Below, piece after piece: positions 38,201-50,800 of a stretch of 64,000 nt of DNA. This DNA is from Dipteris shenzhenensis (taxonomy: Eukaryota). The DNA lies in NCBI GenBank assembly GCA_047967505.1, contig CM106538.1. One strand, given 5' to 3'. A program made the position numbers and the translations under genes. Numbering within the stretch: position 1 is the first letter of the stretch; every line of letters starts with the position of its first letter. The notes under the pieces were generated by a model. The model ran no database searches, was not told the origin of the DNA, and saw only the letters and a program-made list of their open reading frames with translations.

Positions 38201-38371
38201 GCTCAAACAACCAATCACCTCTTTCAAAGAGCCATATCTCTTCAAGGGTGGTATGTGTGTTTGTTTGAAGAAATGGTTGACACCGACTTCTTAAAAACTA
38301 AGCAAACAATCTACGGTGTTCGTGGATTACAAGGAAAAGATCGAGAACAAAGCTTGTCAAAATCGGTTTGA
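35250..38371 (+). pseudogene. Decayed extra ORF downstream of Gypsy pol, with coiled-coil segment
   Basis: Chain of sense-strand ORF pieces (35125, 35744, 36339, 37154, 37894, 38087); 36150..36800 is heptad-like E/K/Q/L-rich (SRKEELELSLSQMQVTYDDLKKEMVHLNKSLLLKEEQ...). Confidence 0.55.
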
Positions 38372-38604
38372 GAGAGTTGTTAACCCTATGGCAACAAGGG
38401 CTAGAAGTGCATTCTAGAGCAACAACGATGAGATCATTGTGTGTGTAGAGTAGCAACAAAGCTCCACTTGTAATATCTTGAGCCTGAAAGATGGTATGAT
38501 GAATCTTAAAGGATAAGGATAGCCAAAATCCTCTCTCGAAAAGATCCAATCATACTTGTAAAATCAGGATCTAGAGAGAGAAATACTAAAAGTCTACACT
38601 TTTT

Positions 38605-38705
38605 GAGCTCCCCCCATTTTGTGTAGAGACCCAAAAGGTCCCCCCACTTTGTATAGAGACTCAAAGGTCCTCCCACTATGTAGAGACCCAAAAGGTTCCC
38701 CCAAA
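38605..38705. repeat. Short ~30 bp tandem repeat, followed by a CT-rich tract
   Basis: TAGAGAC(C/T)CAAA(A)GGT..CCC x3; polypyrimidine tract 38730-38810. Confidence 0.75.
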
Positions 38706-41214
38706 AAGTGAAGGGACTCTTGTCCAAAACTCCTCCTTCCTCTCTTCTCCTCCTCTTCCCTCCTCCTCCCTCCTCCTCCCTCCTTCTCCTCCCTTGTCCC
38801 ACCTCTTCAACCCTTACCTCTCAAAGTCGCAAAGGACCTAGCTCCCCACTCCTCAACCCTGGAACTCCTAAATAGCTCTCTCAACCTTGTCCCCTTCTGA
38901 ACCTTGCAACCCCCTTCTAAACCCTTGAACTCCTGTGGAGGCAAGAGCCTCCATCCATCATTATGATCAAGCCCTCTTTCTCACCCATGCTTTAGCCTAC
39001 ATCTCTCACCAAAATACGACCCGAGGACCTATGCTACACTTGTGAAAACCTATGCTACAATGAGCAACGACACAACTGTAGGTGACCAACACCCTCGAAA
39101 CCTGCACTTGGGGGAGACAGTGACAACAATAGTGTAGGCACTACTTTAGAAAACAAAGAAACTCAAGTCATGCATGCAACAACAAAAGACCAAACGTTCC
39201 TTAAAATGGAAGGTGATGTGAACAAATTCAAGCGAAAGATGCTACCCACTTCTACAAGCGACAAAGCAAAGGGAAACACCCTAGAGGGGTCAAGTGCATT
39301 CAAGACTTTGCACCTAGACAACATATAAGACACACCTTACCATTATGTCAGTTGAAGAAACTTACTCTGAATATTATGCAATATGTCTGACAAGCACGTT
39401 ACTCTTTTAAAGATATATCCATGATTTATAGACTCTCCTTCTTGTAATCAATAAGAAACAAGGCTGCTGCAAACTTTGCAACCAGGCAACAATGTAAGAG
39501 TCAAATATACAAGGTGGCAGGGGGCATTGAGAGCCCTTAAAGATGACCTTAGCAAAAATCAAACACCTAAGAATTGTAGCATTCATCCAAAACAAAAATA
39601 CTACTTGACATTTGGAGGAAGGATTAAGTCTCTGTACCATGTCAAGTGGACGATTCTCGTTTCTCTGCTATTTATGGTCTCCATCCATTTTTAGTTAAGC
39701 CTCCTCATACATGGATTTACACTCCCAGTTGTGGCCAGCCCATTTTTCAATGTGTATCCTCCGGACAAATTACCATGTGTTTCAATCATGGCATTGTGGT
39801 GAGAGAAAGGTGAGGCCATCAAGGCCTCAAAGCCATTTGCTCACCCAAGGTTTGACATGATCCCTAACGTGTAAGTGGTGCACGTGATTTTCTTAATTTA
39901 AATTTCAAGCATTGATCGACTTCTCAATGACAAAGTACAAACTAATCTGAAAATTCAAAGAACATAGTTTTTTTCCACACACCCCCCATGGCCAACTACG
40001 AGAGGCCAATAACCCATGGCCTACGCTGACGTGTAGTTGAGGAGTATCTGGAAGGATTCGAATGTGGGCCATTCATCTGAGCTTCCAATGTTCTACCAAA
40101 AAGTATAATTTAGAAGCAAGGGGTGAGGTTACATGGATTGTGTGAGAGCATTTTAGAGAGAGATGGAATGTGAGTTGTGATCTCAAGAAGGTATAAGGCT
40201 ATTTGTAGACCACCAAAAGTTGCTCAACAAGTGCCCATTGTTGTGATACCCAAATAATTGGGATGGGTGGGTTGTCATGGGCAAACCCTTTACATACATT
40301 GCCTCCCTGAACCTACATAAAATTTTTGAAGTGCCCATTGGGCATTCAGTGTGTATTCGGCTGACCACTTGTCACGAAGCTTGGAATTGCTGGAGGGATC
40401 CTGGGACAGCCTGTGATTGGCTGGTTTACCCTCTAGGCAGGTAAGCTTGGTTGCCAATGAGCTTGGTTACCCATAGAAGTACTCTCCCCAAGCATGAAGT
40501 GGCACACGTAGGAAGGAACGTTTGCAGCTTGGGCATTAGGTGTGTAATGGGTTGGCCACTCCCTTGGTGGAAACGTTGCTCTCCCATTGGTTAGGATGGT
40601 TGCCCAAGATGCAAACCTGCTCCAATGGACGCGTTGCTCTCCCATTGTTAGAATGGCCCATTCAGCCTCTGTAACCAACCTAATAAGGTTGGGTTCACAG
40701 CGGGTGGCAACCGGCCTTCAAAATGATATGTTAAGTGCCGTCATCCTAAGTGGACCAATGAAGAGCATGCACTTTACACGTTACGGACAACTTAGGGTAG
40801 CTTCACACCACCCGCCTAGACACCCTCAAAAAATGGAGACTAGGCTCGTGGCACAAGGGGCTTGCCGAGCCCAGATGTCTGACACTTAAAAAAGTGTTCA
40901 TCATGTGAAGGCCGCCCGGTGGTTGACAAAATAAAGGTGCGAAATGTGCTAACTGAGAATTGAACCTTGCTAGCTGTCCCATCCTTCCACTAAACCAATC
41001 AAAACTCATTGTAAATTAATGATATCATTTTTATTAAATTATGTTGGCTGGTGTGAACATAACACCACTTACCTATTTCTTTAGTCCTTCATGACCGGCG
41101 GGTGGTAGGAGGGGTCAGACAAGAGATGGGCGTCGATTGTGTTTGTTCCACACATTCCAGGCCAATGAGCCGTCTGATCAACATGTGAGTCGGAGGATGA
41201 TCGGCGCCCGATGC

Positions 41215-41366
41215 TTTTTTTTACTGTTGTATTGAAATTGAAAGTGCCAATAGAGCCCCCATACGAGGTGACCAAGATAGAATCCTGAGCTGCCCTTGGA
41301 ACTTGAACTCAGGACCGTGGCACACAGACCCACACATTTTAGCTGCTTGGTCTAAACGCAGTGAGC
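41215..41366 (-). mobile_element. tRNA-derived SINE candidate
   Basis: Minus strand: A-box-like TAGACCAAGCAGCTAAA (41354..41338), B-box-like GAGTTCAAGTTCC (41310..41298), short body and A8 tail (41222..41215). No clear TSD. Confidence 0.6.
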
Positions 41367-41835
41367 ATTGTCCTCGGTGTTGTTAGACAAGAGATGTGGG
41401 TGTTGTGACTATCCTACACGCTGCAGACCAGTGAGCCGTCTGATCAACATATGAGTCGAAGGATAATGGCCACCTGGTGTGAACAATGGACTTGCTGGCA
41501 ATATGAAGTTTTGGAAGGGATGGTTGGAGTGGGGTATGAATGGAGCCTCAAAAAGCCCATCAAGGTCAAGGGTTGGTGCTCCTCTGAAAAGGGTGGAATG
41601 CGACTCCCAAAAACTGGTAGCCGTACTTGCCACATGGCGACCACCCAACCCCTCCCCAATTCCGGCGGGAAGGGCCATGTGTCGGTCTTCCGGGTCGGAA
41701 TCCGACCGGGTTTGGCTCCTAGGTCTACCGGCCGGTCGCCGCCGGAATCCTGACGGATTCCTCCGGGGAAAGGCGTCCCCATGGCGCTTCCGTACTCCAT
41801 CTGTGCAGAGAGTTTGATTTCTGTTGGAGGCAGCT

Positions 41836-44800
41836 ATGGCGGAGGAGCCAGCTATGGACGACGACGACGACCTCGAATCTCACATCCTCAAATGCTGCCA
41901 TGACCTCCTCCTCTGCCCTTCCCCTTCCTCTTCCCTCGCCCATCGCCAGCTTCAGACAATGGCTCAATCCTCTGGTGCTCGGGCCTCCCCCGTCCTCCTC
42001 CGTTTCCTGCGCCAGCCACACCTCCCCGATAGCGCTCTCGATGTCCTCGCCCAATGCATCGCTCACTGCTGCGGTGCCTGCTCCGCGCCGGCCTGTAGTC
42101 TCACCTTCACATTCTCGCCGTCCCTCAGCGTCCAAGTAGGCTTCTTTATTGTACCCTGTTTGGTTGCTTGGCCGCCATCTGGTGCCTCCCCATATTTGGC
42201 TGGGGTGATCTGGCAGATTTTCGTGTCCTCACTGCATTGCGCTCCGAAATCTGCTACGACTGTTGCCCGTGATCGTCATCGACTTCCTTCCTATTGCGCC
42301 TGGAGAAGAAATTTCAAATGAAGACTCGAGAGAGGGCGTGGTGAATGGAAAGGTTTACGATCCGGTGGCGAAATGACACGTATAAATTGGAAATATACTG
42401 ATACATTGGATAAATTAATTATTGACGGTTTTCCGAATCGTTAAAGCTATTCTGATAGAAACAAGTGAGTGCAAGTACTCGTGAGCACTGTCCTGAGAGG
42501 GACGAGTTGATTTGGGAGAGAGAGAGGTGCCACTCAGAATAGAAAGTGTAAGACGTGGCCTAAAATAACTGGAGTGACACTTTTTAAGAAAAAGTGCACT
42601 GCCTGCAGGGCAGTGCTAATAACTAAGACCCCGCCGATAATGGCTAGTAGTTTAGTGGAAAATTTCTTTGGGTAGTTAGTCCTTAGCTCCACAAAAAATT
42701 CAGGGCATTGATATAAAATACTTATACGGGAAGCTCATGGAAAACGATATTCACGGGGAAGTAGTGTGTGCCCTATTACATCGGGGCAGCAGCAAAACAC
42801 ATGGGGAATGAATGCTCTTATCACCGTTAGTTGACAGTGTGTGAAGATGAAACTTGTGGATTAGTACAGTCCTTATGGAGTGAGAAGAAGCTACGTTCAG
42901 TCTATATGAACTGTTTGAATTACATCTCGAGGGGATGCTGTATCTAAATCTGGAAGAAGCCACAGCCGTGTAAAGCAAGCTTGTCTCCTATCACCTGCTC
43001 TTTAAAATGGCAAGCTGGAAGATTGGATTCTTTTTCTTAGATGCCTTGAAGAAGTTTTGCAAATTCTTGAATATGCAGGAAGCTAGATAAAAGTAATACA
43101 ATGGTGATAAAAAGGAGAGAAATTGCTTTTAAACGAGTAGATGTGAAGGAGTCAAGATGGAGACCATGCCTATGTACAATATCTAGGGTTGGATTTGTAA
43201 AGTAATAACGTATAGGAAGGGTTCGTTGAAGGCAGAAAGCTCTTTACATGATGAAATAAATGCAAGACGATCCATACGAGTCAGCACCATGGGGGCAGGG
43301 TTGGCCAAACAATTTGAATTCTTTTCTATATGTGAACTTCCCATTGATCCCTCTCTTTGAAGTCAATCCTCTCGATCTCGATCTCTGAGGTCAATTCCCA
43401 AAATCCCACACGATATAATCTTTGTCTTGAACAAAAGAGGTTGGGATGAAGTAGAGAATTGCTTTTGCCAAGGAAAGAAAGAGGGTGAAAAAGGATTTAT
43501 GAGATGGCTTTTTTTCTCTAAGGTCTAGTAACTTTGATGTGATGTAGCTTTTGTTGTCTTCCTTTGTTTTCCTCAGTGCAAAATGACAGCAGTTAGCAGT
43601 GCGGTGACTCAGTATCTACTCCTGCTTAGATAGCAAAATCCTCCTGGCTCTGTGGCCTTGGAAAATACTATCCCAAACGAAAAAATTTTCAAGTAAAAGA
43701 ATCTTGGCAAACGATTATCCACAATTCTTGATTGGAAGAGAAGGCCAAAGCTTCTTGCTGGATGCATATCAGTTGATTGTGCCTGCAACAAACTTGCAAT
43801 CAGAGAGCAATACTAGTCCAAATGGCCTCTTGCGAATTCTGAATAAGGAATTCCATACCTAATTGCTGTAAATCCATCACGGTATCTTCTTCAACAACCG
43901 CTTTTCCTTACCTCACCATTTCCTTACTTTACATAGTTTTTGGCCTTTTTTGCTCTGAATCGGAATCGTTTGAGTTTTTCCCAGAGACAAATAAAGCAAA
44001 AGCTTCATCTGGAAAGGAGAATGCAGTATTGATTCTCTTGTTATTTGTTCGATTCTAGAATTCAAATTCGGAGTTGAATTAATCCCCTTTTGATACCTGA
44101 ACTTTGCCCCTTGATCCCTCTCTCCAAATTCAAACCTCTCAATCTCGATCTCCAAGGTCAGTTCTCGCAGTCTCACATAATCGATCGTTGCCTGGGAACA
44201 AAAGAGGTTGGGATAAAGTAGATAAAGAGCAGACACCAGTACAACCCTGGCATGCGCGCTCCATACTAATAACCCCCAGTTCTCAAGCTGTTCCTAGACT
44301 GCCTACCAAGGGCTAACCACTAGCTCGGACCTTTGGGATGCCCCACTCCCAAGGGTGAGGTCCATGCAGGAACTGCTCACAAATGAGCCATAATCCCACG
44401 TGTATCACCTCATGACCAGGTCAGACCTCTATTCACTAGCCACATTATGTCCAAATAACATAGGACATAAGAAGGCAGGTTGAGGCAGAATGTAAGACTT
44501 ACTGACACATCTTTTGGTGGTGCTACAAGTGCTGAAACTTCACATGTATCAAGAAAAGGAAAAGAGAAAGTGGATCAGCAATTTGTAATGCCTGACTTAT
44601 GTGCAGGTCATTGCTATGTTAATGCAGATAGTGGCTCAGTGGCTCAGAATAGAGCCTTGATGAGGAGTTTGGGATACCAGCAGTTAGAACACTCGGTGTG
44701 AGGAAGACAAGAGCAACCATGAAGACATCTGACAGTGAGCCAGTTGTGTGCAGGTCTACTTAGGGTAGATACTCTATTGTTGACAGGTTGAGATATGATG

Positions 44801-47800
44801 GGTACACAGCCCATCATTATGCATATGTGGTACAAGAGGTAGAGCTCACTTGTTTTGAGAAAGCACTTGAAAAACCTGAAATGGGAAGATGCCATGGATA
44901 AGGAGATGGCAGCACTTGTGACTAAATGCAAATGAGACATGGGAGGTAGTGCCATTGCCTAAGGATAAGAAGGCAATTGGATGTACAAAAAGGGTTTTAT
45001 GACATGGCTTTTCTTTTTGCTAAGGTCTAATAAGTTTGGCTTTTATTGTCTTTATTTCTCAGTGCAGATCGACAGCAGCTTGCAGCGTGGTGACTCAATG
45101 TCTACTCCTGCTCAAGTAGCAAATTCCTGTGCCCTTGGCAAAAACTATCCCAAGGGGAAAAATTTTCAATTAAAAGAATCTTGGCAAACCATTATCCCAT
45201 CAAGCACGATTCTTAATTGGAAGAGAAGGCCAAAGTTTCTCACCGGATGCATATCAGTTGATCGTCTGCAAGGAATTCATAACCAGAGAGTGATGCTAGT
45301 CCCAGTGGCCTTTGTGTCCCAGCTCCCTTCCTCGATCACTCTTAAAGTGCAAGATTTATTCCAGAAGCAGATAAGGTGCGATCAGCACCTTGAACAGTAG
45401 CGATTCTTCTTCAAGAGTCCAGCAAATTCCCTTCCAGTCATGCCATGGGAGCTCCTCGATGCCTACCACGATCAGCAGCCCCTATCATGACTGCGACTCC
45501 TTCATAGCACGTTTATTTGTTATGCTCAATCACTTCCTTGTCTTTGTCCACTTGGTCGCCTTGGACAACCGCTCTCACAATTTTGCCAGAAGGGGTAGAT
45601 GACAGCAAAAACTCCTCAGTAGTATTGTATAAGGAGCTAAACATTTAACAAACAAGCTGCTCGTGAATAGTCTGCTGTGACACTTATGTAATGGTTACAA
45701 CAATTAAGAGCTTTTCCTTCAAATCTACCCAGCCATGGATTCCACACAACTCTCCTGCAGATTGTTTATCCTTTTCACTGCATCATCGTCTTTTTTCTTA
45801 GTTTTTTAGGCAACTGTAGAGGATTCAACTGAGGTTGTGTGGCAACTTCAAGAGTACTTCCGGTTGGGTCAAGTGTGACCTAGTAAGTCACTGTGGGGTG
45901 CTGGGGTGCTTTTGGTTAAGAAGAAAGACACGTCTATGTGTCCATGCCTAGACTATAAAGGTCCAAACAAACTGGCCATCAAGAATTCGTTACCTTGAAT
46001 GGATGATCTCATTGATGGGATTTTTGAAGCTAAGGATTTCGCGAGTGGCTCTCGTGAGTTTGAAACTGCACTATGTTGTGTTTTTAGAGGATGAGTTTGG
46101 AAATGTTCCTGGATTCATCTAGGTATATGCTTTTGTCGTATTAGTGGACATGCAAATTTCACCTTGTAAAGTTTTTGTCCAAGTTGCGGCTTGCTAGTAT
46201 TGCGATATTTCTTTCTATCTTAAATGGTGCGTTGCCCTATGTGCTAGATTTAGATTTAGATGCTCGTTTGGGAGAGACTAAAATGAAATTGTTTAGACTT
46301 CACAAGCGGTTGTAGCTTGAATGAAGAGATTTGGACTACTTTTTGATTAGCCCTCTCTTGTAGTGCTAGCCTTCGTCATGGCTGAGTTTGCCCTTCACCT
46401 CCGGAGTGCCGACAGAAACTCAGTACGAAGACTTTGTATAAATGGATGCTCAAGTATGTGTGGGTTTGCGGATTTGTATGTGTGAGAGCATACTTTTATA
46501 CTATGGTCTACACCCACTGTTGGGCGTTGATGACATCAGTGGGGATGTCATAGTAGCTAGTCCCTGCTATGCGTGATGGAGTTTATGGTTTTCAATCTTA
46601 TGAGTGACTCTTGTGAGATTGAAACTGTACTATGTTGTGTTTTTAGAGGATGAGTTTGGGAATGTTCATGGATTCATCTAGGTATATGCTTCTGCCGTAT
46701 TAGTGGACATGCAAATTTCACCTTGTGAAGTTTTTGTCCAAGTTGCGGCTTGTTGGTATTGCGATATTTCTTTCTATCTTAAATGGTGCGTTGCCCTATC
46801 AGCTAGATTTAGATTTAGATGCTTGTTTGGGAGAGACTAAAATGAAATAGTTTAGACTTCACAAGCGGTTGTAGCTTGAATGAAGAGATTTGGACTATTT
46901 TTTGATTAGCCCTCTTCTGTAGTGCTAGCCTTCGTCATGGCTGAGTTTGCCCTTCACCTCCGGAGTGCCGACAGAAACTCAATACGAAGACTTTGTATAA
47001 ATGGATGCTCAAGTATGTGTGGGTTTGTGAATTTGTATGTGTGAGAGCATACTTTTATACTATGGTCTACACCCACTGTTGGGCGTTGATGACGTCAGTG
47101 GGGATGTCATAGTAGCTAGTCCCTGCTATGCGTGGTTTTCAATCTTATGAGTGACTCTCGTGAGATTGAAACTGCACTATGTTGTGTTTTTAGAGGATGA
47201 TTTTGGGAATGTTCCTGGATTCATCTAGGTATATGCTTCTGCCGCATTAGCGGACATGCAAATTTCACCTTGTGAAGTTTTTGTCCAAGTTGCGGCCTGT
47301 TGGTATTGCGATATTTCTATCTATCTTAAATGGTGTGTTGCCCTATCAGCTAGATTTAGATTTAGATGCTCGTTTGGAAGAGACTAAAATGAAATCGTTT
47401 AGACTTCACAAGCAGTTGTAGCTTGAATGAAGAGATTTGGACTACTTTTTTATTAGCCTTCTCCTCTAGTGCTAGCCTTTGTCATGGCTGAGTTTGCCCT
47501 TCATCTCCAGAGTGCCGACAGAAACTCAGTACGAAGACTTTGTATAAATGGATGCTCAAGTATGTGTGGGTGTGTGGATTTGTATGTGTGAGAGCATACT
47601 TTTGTCAGTGGGGATGTCATAGTAGCTAGTCCTTGCTATGCGTGATGGAGTTTATGGTTTTCAATCTTATGAGTGACTCTTGTGAGATTGAAACTGCACT
47701 ATGTTGTGTTTTTAGAGGATGAGTTCGGGGATGTTCTTGGATTCATCTAGGTATATGCTTCTACAGTATGAGCGGACATGCAAATTTCACCTTGTGAAGT

Positions 47801-50800
47801 TTTCGTCCAAGTTGCGGTCTATTGGTATTGCGATATTTCTTTCTATCTTAAATGGTGCGTTGCCCTATCAGCTAGATTTAGATTTAGATGCTCGTTTGGG
47901 AGAGACTAAAATGAAATCGGTAGCTTGAATGAAGAGATTTGGACTACTTTTTGATTAGCCTTCTCCTTTAGTGCTAGCCTTTGTCATGGCTGAGTTTGCC
48001 CTTCACCTCCAGAGTGCCGACAGAAACTCAGTACGAAGACTTTGTATAAATGGGTGCTCAAGTATGTGTGGGTGTGTGGATTTGTATGTGTGAGAGCATA
48101 CTTTTATACTATGGGCTACACCCACTGTTGGGCGCTGATGACGTCAGTGGGGATGTCATAGTAGCTAGTCCCTGCTATGTGTGATGGAGTTTATGGTTTT
48201 CAATCTTATGAGTGATTCTCGTGAGATTGAAACTGCACTATGTTGTGTTTTTAGAGGATGAGTTTGGGAATGTTCCTGGATTCATCTAGGTATAAGTTTT
48301 TCGTGAAGATCGATTTGGGAGTGCACTATCATCTGATAAGGGAATTTGAGAAAGATGTTTAGAAGACTACATTTTGTACAAGATTCAGCTATTATTTATG
48401 AGTTTGCAGTTCTTCCATTTGGTCTCAGTAATGCACCACCAATTTTCCAATAGTTGATCAACAATGTATTTTGTCCATACCAGGGAAAGTTTGTTGTGGT
48501 CTTTCTTGATTACATCTGGATCTATTGTAAGTCTCTTTTAGAACATGGACACCATCTGCATAGAAAAGAGCAACTCTTTGTAAGTCTCTTTTAGACCATG
48601 GACACCATTTGCATAGAAAAGAGCCTTCTCCTTTAGTGCTAGCCTTCGTCATGGCTGAGTCTGCCCTTCACCTCCAGCTGTTATAAGATTTCTTGGAGAG
48701 CAAAAAGCAAGAAAAAGCTAAAGGCTAATTTTGCGTGAAAAGCAGTAAAAGCTGAAAAGCTCAAAAAAGTCTCAAAAAGCAGCAAAAAGCTTAAAAACGA
48801 ATTTAAAAGTTGTGCTAAATAAATACTTTTTAATTTTTTGAAATCAAAACCACTCTACCCCTAATTAATTAATGGGCCTAACACAAATGCACATTTAGAT
48901 TTACTCTGATCAAAACTTGGCCTAGACAATTCCGAATTTTCCCAAACTGAACCCGTCCTTTAGCTCTTGATGTGGCTAACACAATGGTGCACATGTGTGA
49001 CTGTGTGCTAGACCTAGCAGTACTGACGGTTATTCCTCTCGTAACTCTTATGCGGATAGTTAGGCTAGGCTATGTGTCAAGGATTTTCAGATTCTGAAGA
49101 TGCCTCTCGGTTTATATGACGTGATCTGCCTTCATTGAGCTAAGCATCATTGCTTAATACTCCGAGGCTTACCCCCAGAGCCAAACTGAAGGTGCTAGGA
49201 ATGAACTAAGAGTATTGAAGGCCCAGTGGGTGCTAGGAAACCATAGGGGATGTGTGGAGCATCATCATTCTCATATGGCATGTTGATAATATAATATCAG
49301 GTGGAGGGTGATTGGGCAAGGAATAGTCATTCGACTCGTGACTTCACGAATGTGAAGTCCACCCCATGCACTAGCTCCCATCATCTTGTCACGAGATATG
49401 ACTAATATGGATCCATCACCATACTGAAGATGGTGTAATCAAGACCTCACCAAAGACGGTAAAATAATTAAGTCATACTAAAAGATGACAAATGACACTG
49501 AAGATGAATGACGTCAGGCTGAGGATGACATAGACGTACTGAAGGTGCTAAAGGCTATACTGAAGGAAACATAAAGTAGCCTTTAAAATAATAAGAAAAA
49601 GGATAGATTAGAGCTCCTCTCTTTGCTCGCGTTGTTTTTGTTTCCTTTTCTCCTGTGTATGTGCACTTGTGTGTGACTTCTTTGAATTTTTTACATGCTT
49701 AAATGCTTAGCTTTTGGCTTGTTCTTTGAATCGCTGCAATTAATAAGTGTAAAATTATAAAAAGCTAAAAACTAATTGTGGGGGTTTATATTTTTTGAAA
49801 ACTGCTCATAATAAAGTTAGCTAGCTTTTAAAATAACACAAAAAGAGTAGAAGGAAGCTTCGTTCTTTTCTGGATTTGTTTTTATTCTTTTTCTCCCGTG
49901 TGCTTGTGCATGCGCGAGCATGTGTGGTTCTCTCGTCTTTGATCTTCATTTGTCTTTTGGTTTGGTTTATATTACTAAGCTCTGAATATGCAGAAGCCTC
50001 TAGAGTCCATCAGACTATGGTCACCATGAGATTATAATCTTTGCTTTGGATATTAAGCTTCAATGTTCATGCTTACTTGTTTCACATTGGTATTAAGACT
50101 TTCAGTTTACTTTGAAGTTTGATTATTTTTATACATTCTCTTGATTTTTGTTATTCTAACAAGTTATTCAAAGAGACACGTTCTGAACATATTGTCCACA
50201 TCATTGGACTTTGCATTGACGCTTGAAGACCCATTATCTAAAAAAGGGAAATTTCAAGTAGTAAGAGTGACAAAAATCCTGGCATTTGCAGCAGTTTGAA
50301 GAATATCTGATTCAAAATATCCAAGAAACAAGGAAATGCTTGGTTGGGTGACTTGTCAGATTCATTTACTGGCTTGTTAAGTGTAACCTTTTCATCAGTT
50401 TCATGAGGCGTTGGTGGTGCTTACAAGAAACTAAGGAATGCTTCTTGAGCAACGTTGTTGGCAGGACAGATTCATTGGTTTGCTCGTGAATAATGTTGGT
50501 TTGGCATTGTCAGAACCAACTTCCGATGTATTTGGTGAACCTGATTTTCAAAATATGTTGAGCTTGCTCTGGGACCTACAAAGTTTGTGCTGGTAGCAAG
50601 TGCTAAGGGTGGGGCAAAAGTACTAAGAGAGAAGCAAGAGGACTGGTTGATCTTGCAAATTACTCCATCTCTTTTTCATAAGATTCTAACTGGAATTTTG
50701 AAATTATATTCACAGGTAAAGGAGATGGATTATGTGAAAGGGGGACTTGGTTGGAAAGTCTGGGGCACTGCTTTGCTTTTGTCTTGGAAGCTTGTGGAAG

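Noticed and set aside
41693-41761. Two GC-rich 7-bp inverted repeats upstream of the methyltransferase ATG
   Set aside because: Short stems are expected by chance in GC-rich 5' regions; no evidence for a structured RNA.
46602-46720. Weak PPR-like peptide (VYASAVLVDMQ) in the 540-bp unit
   Set aside because: Too short, preceded by a stop, and lacks the YxKCG continuation.
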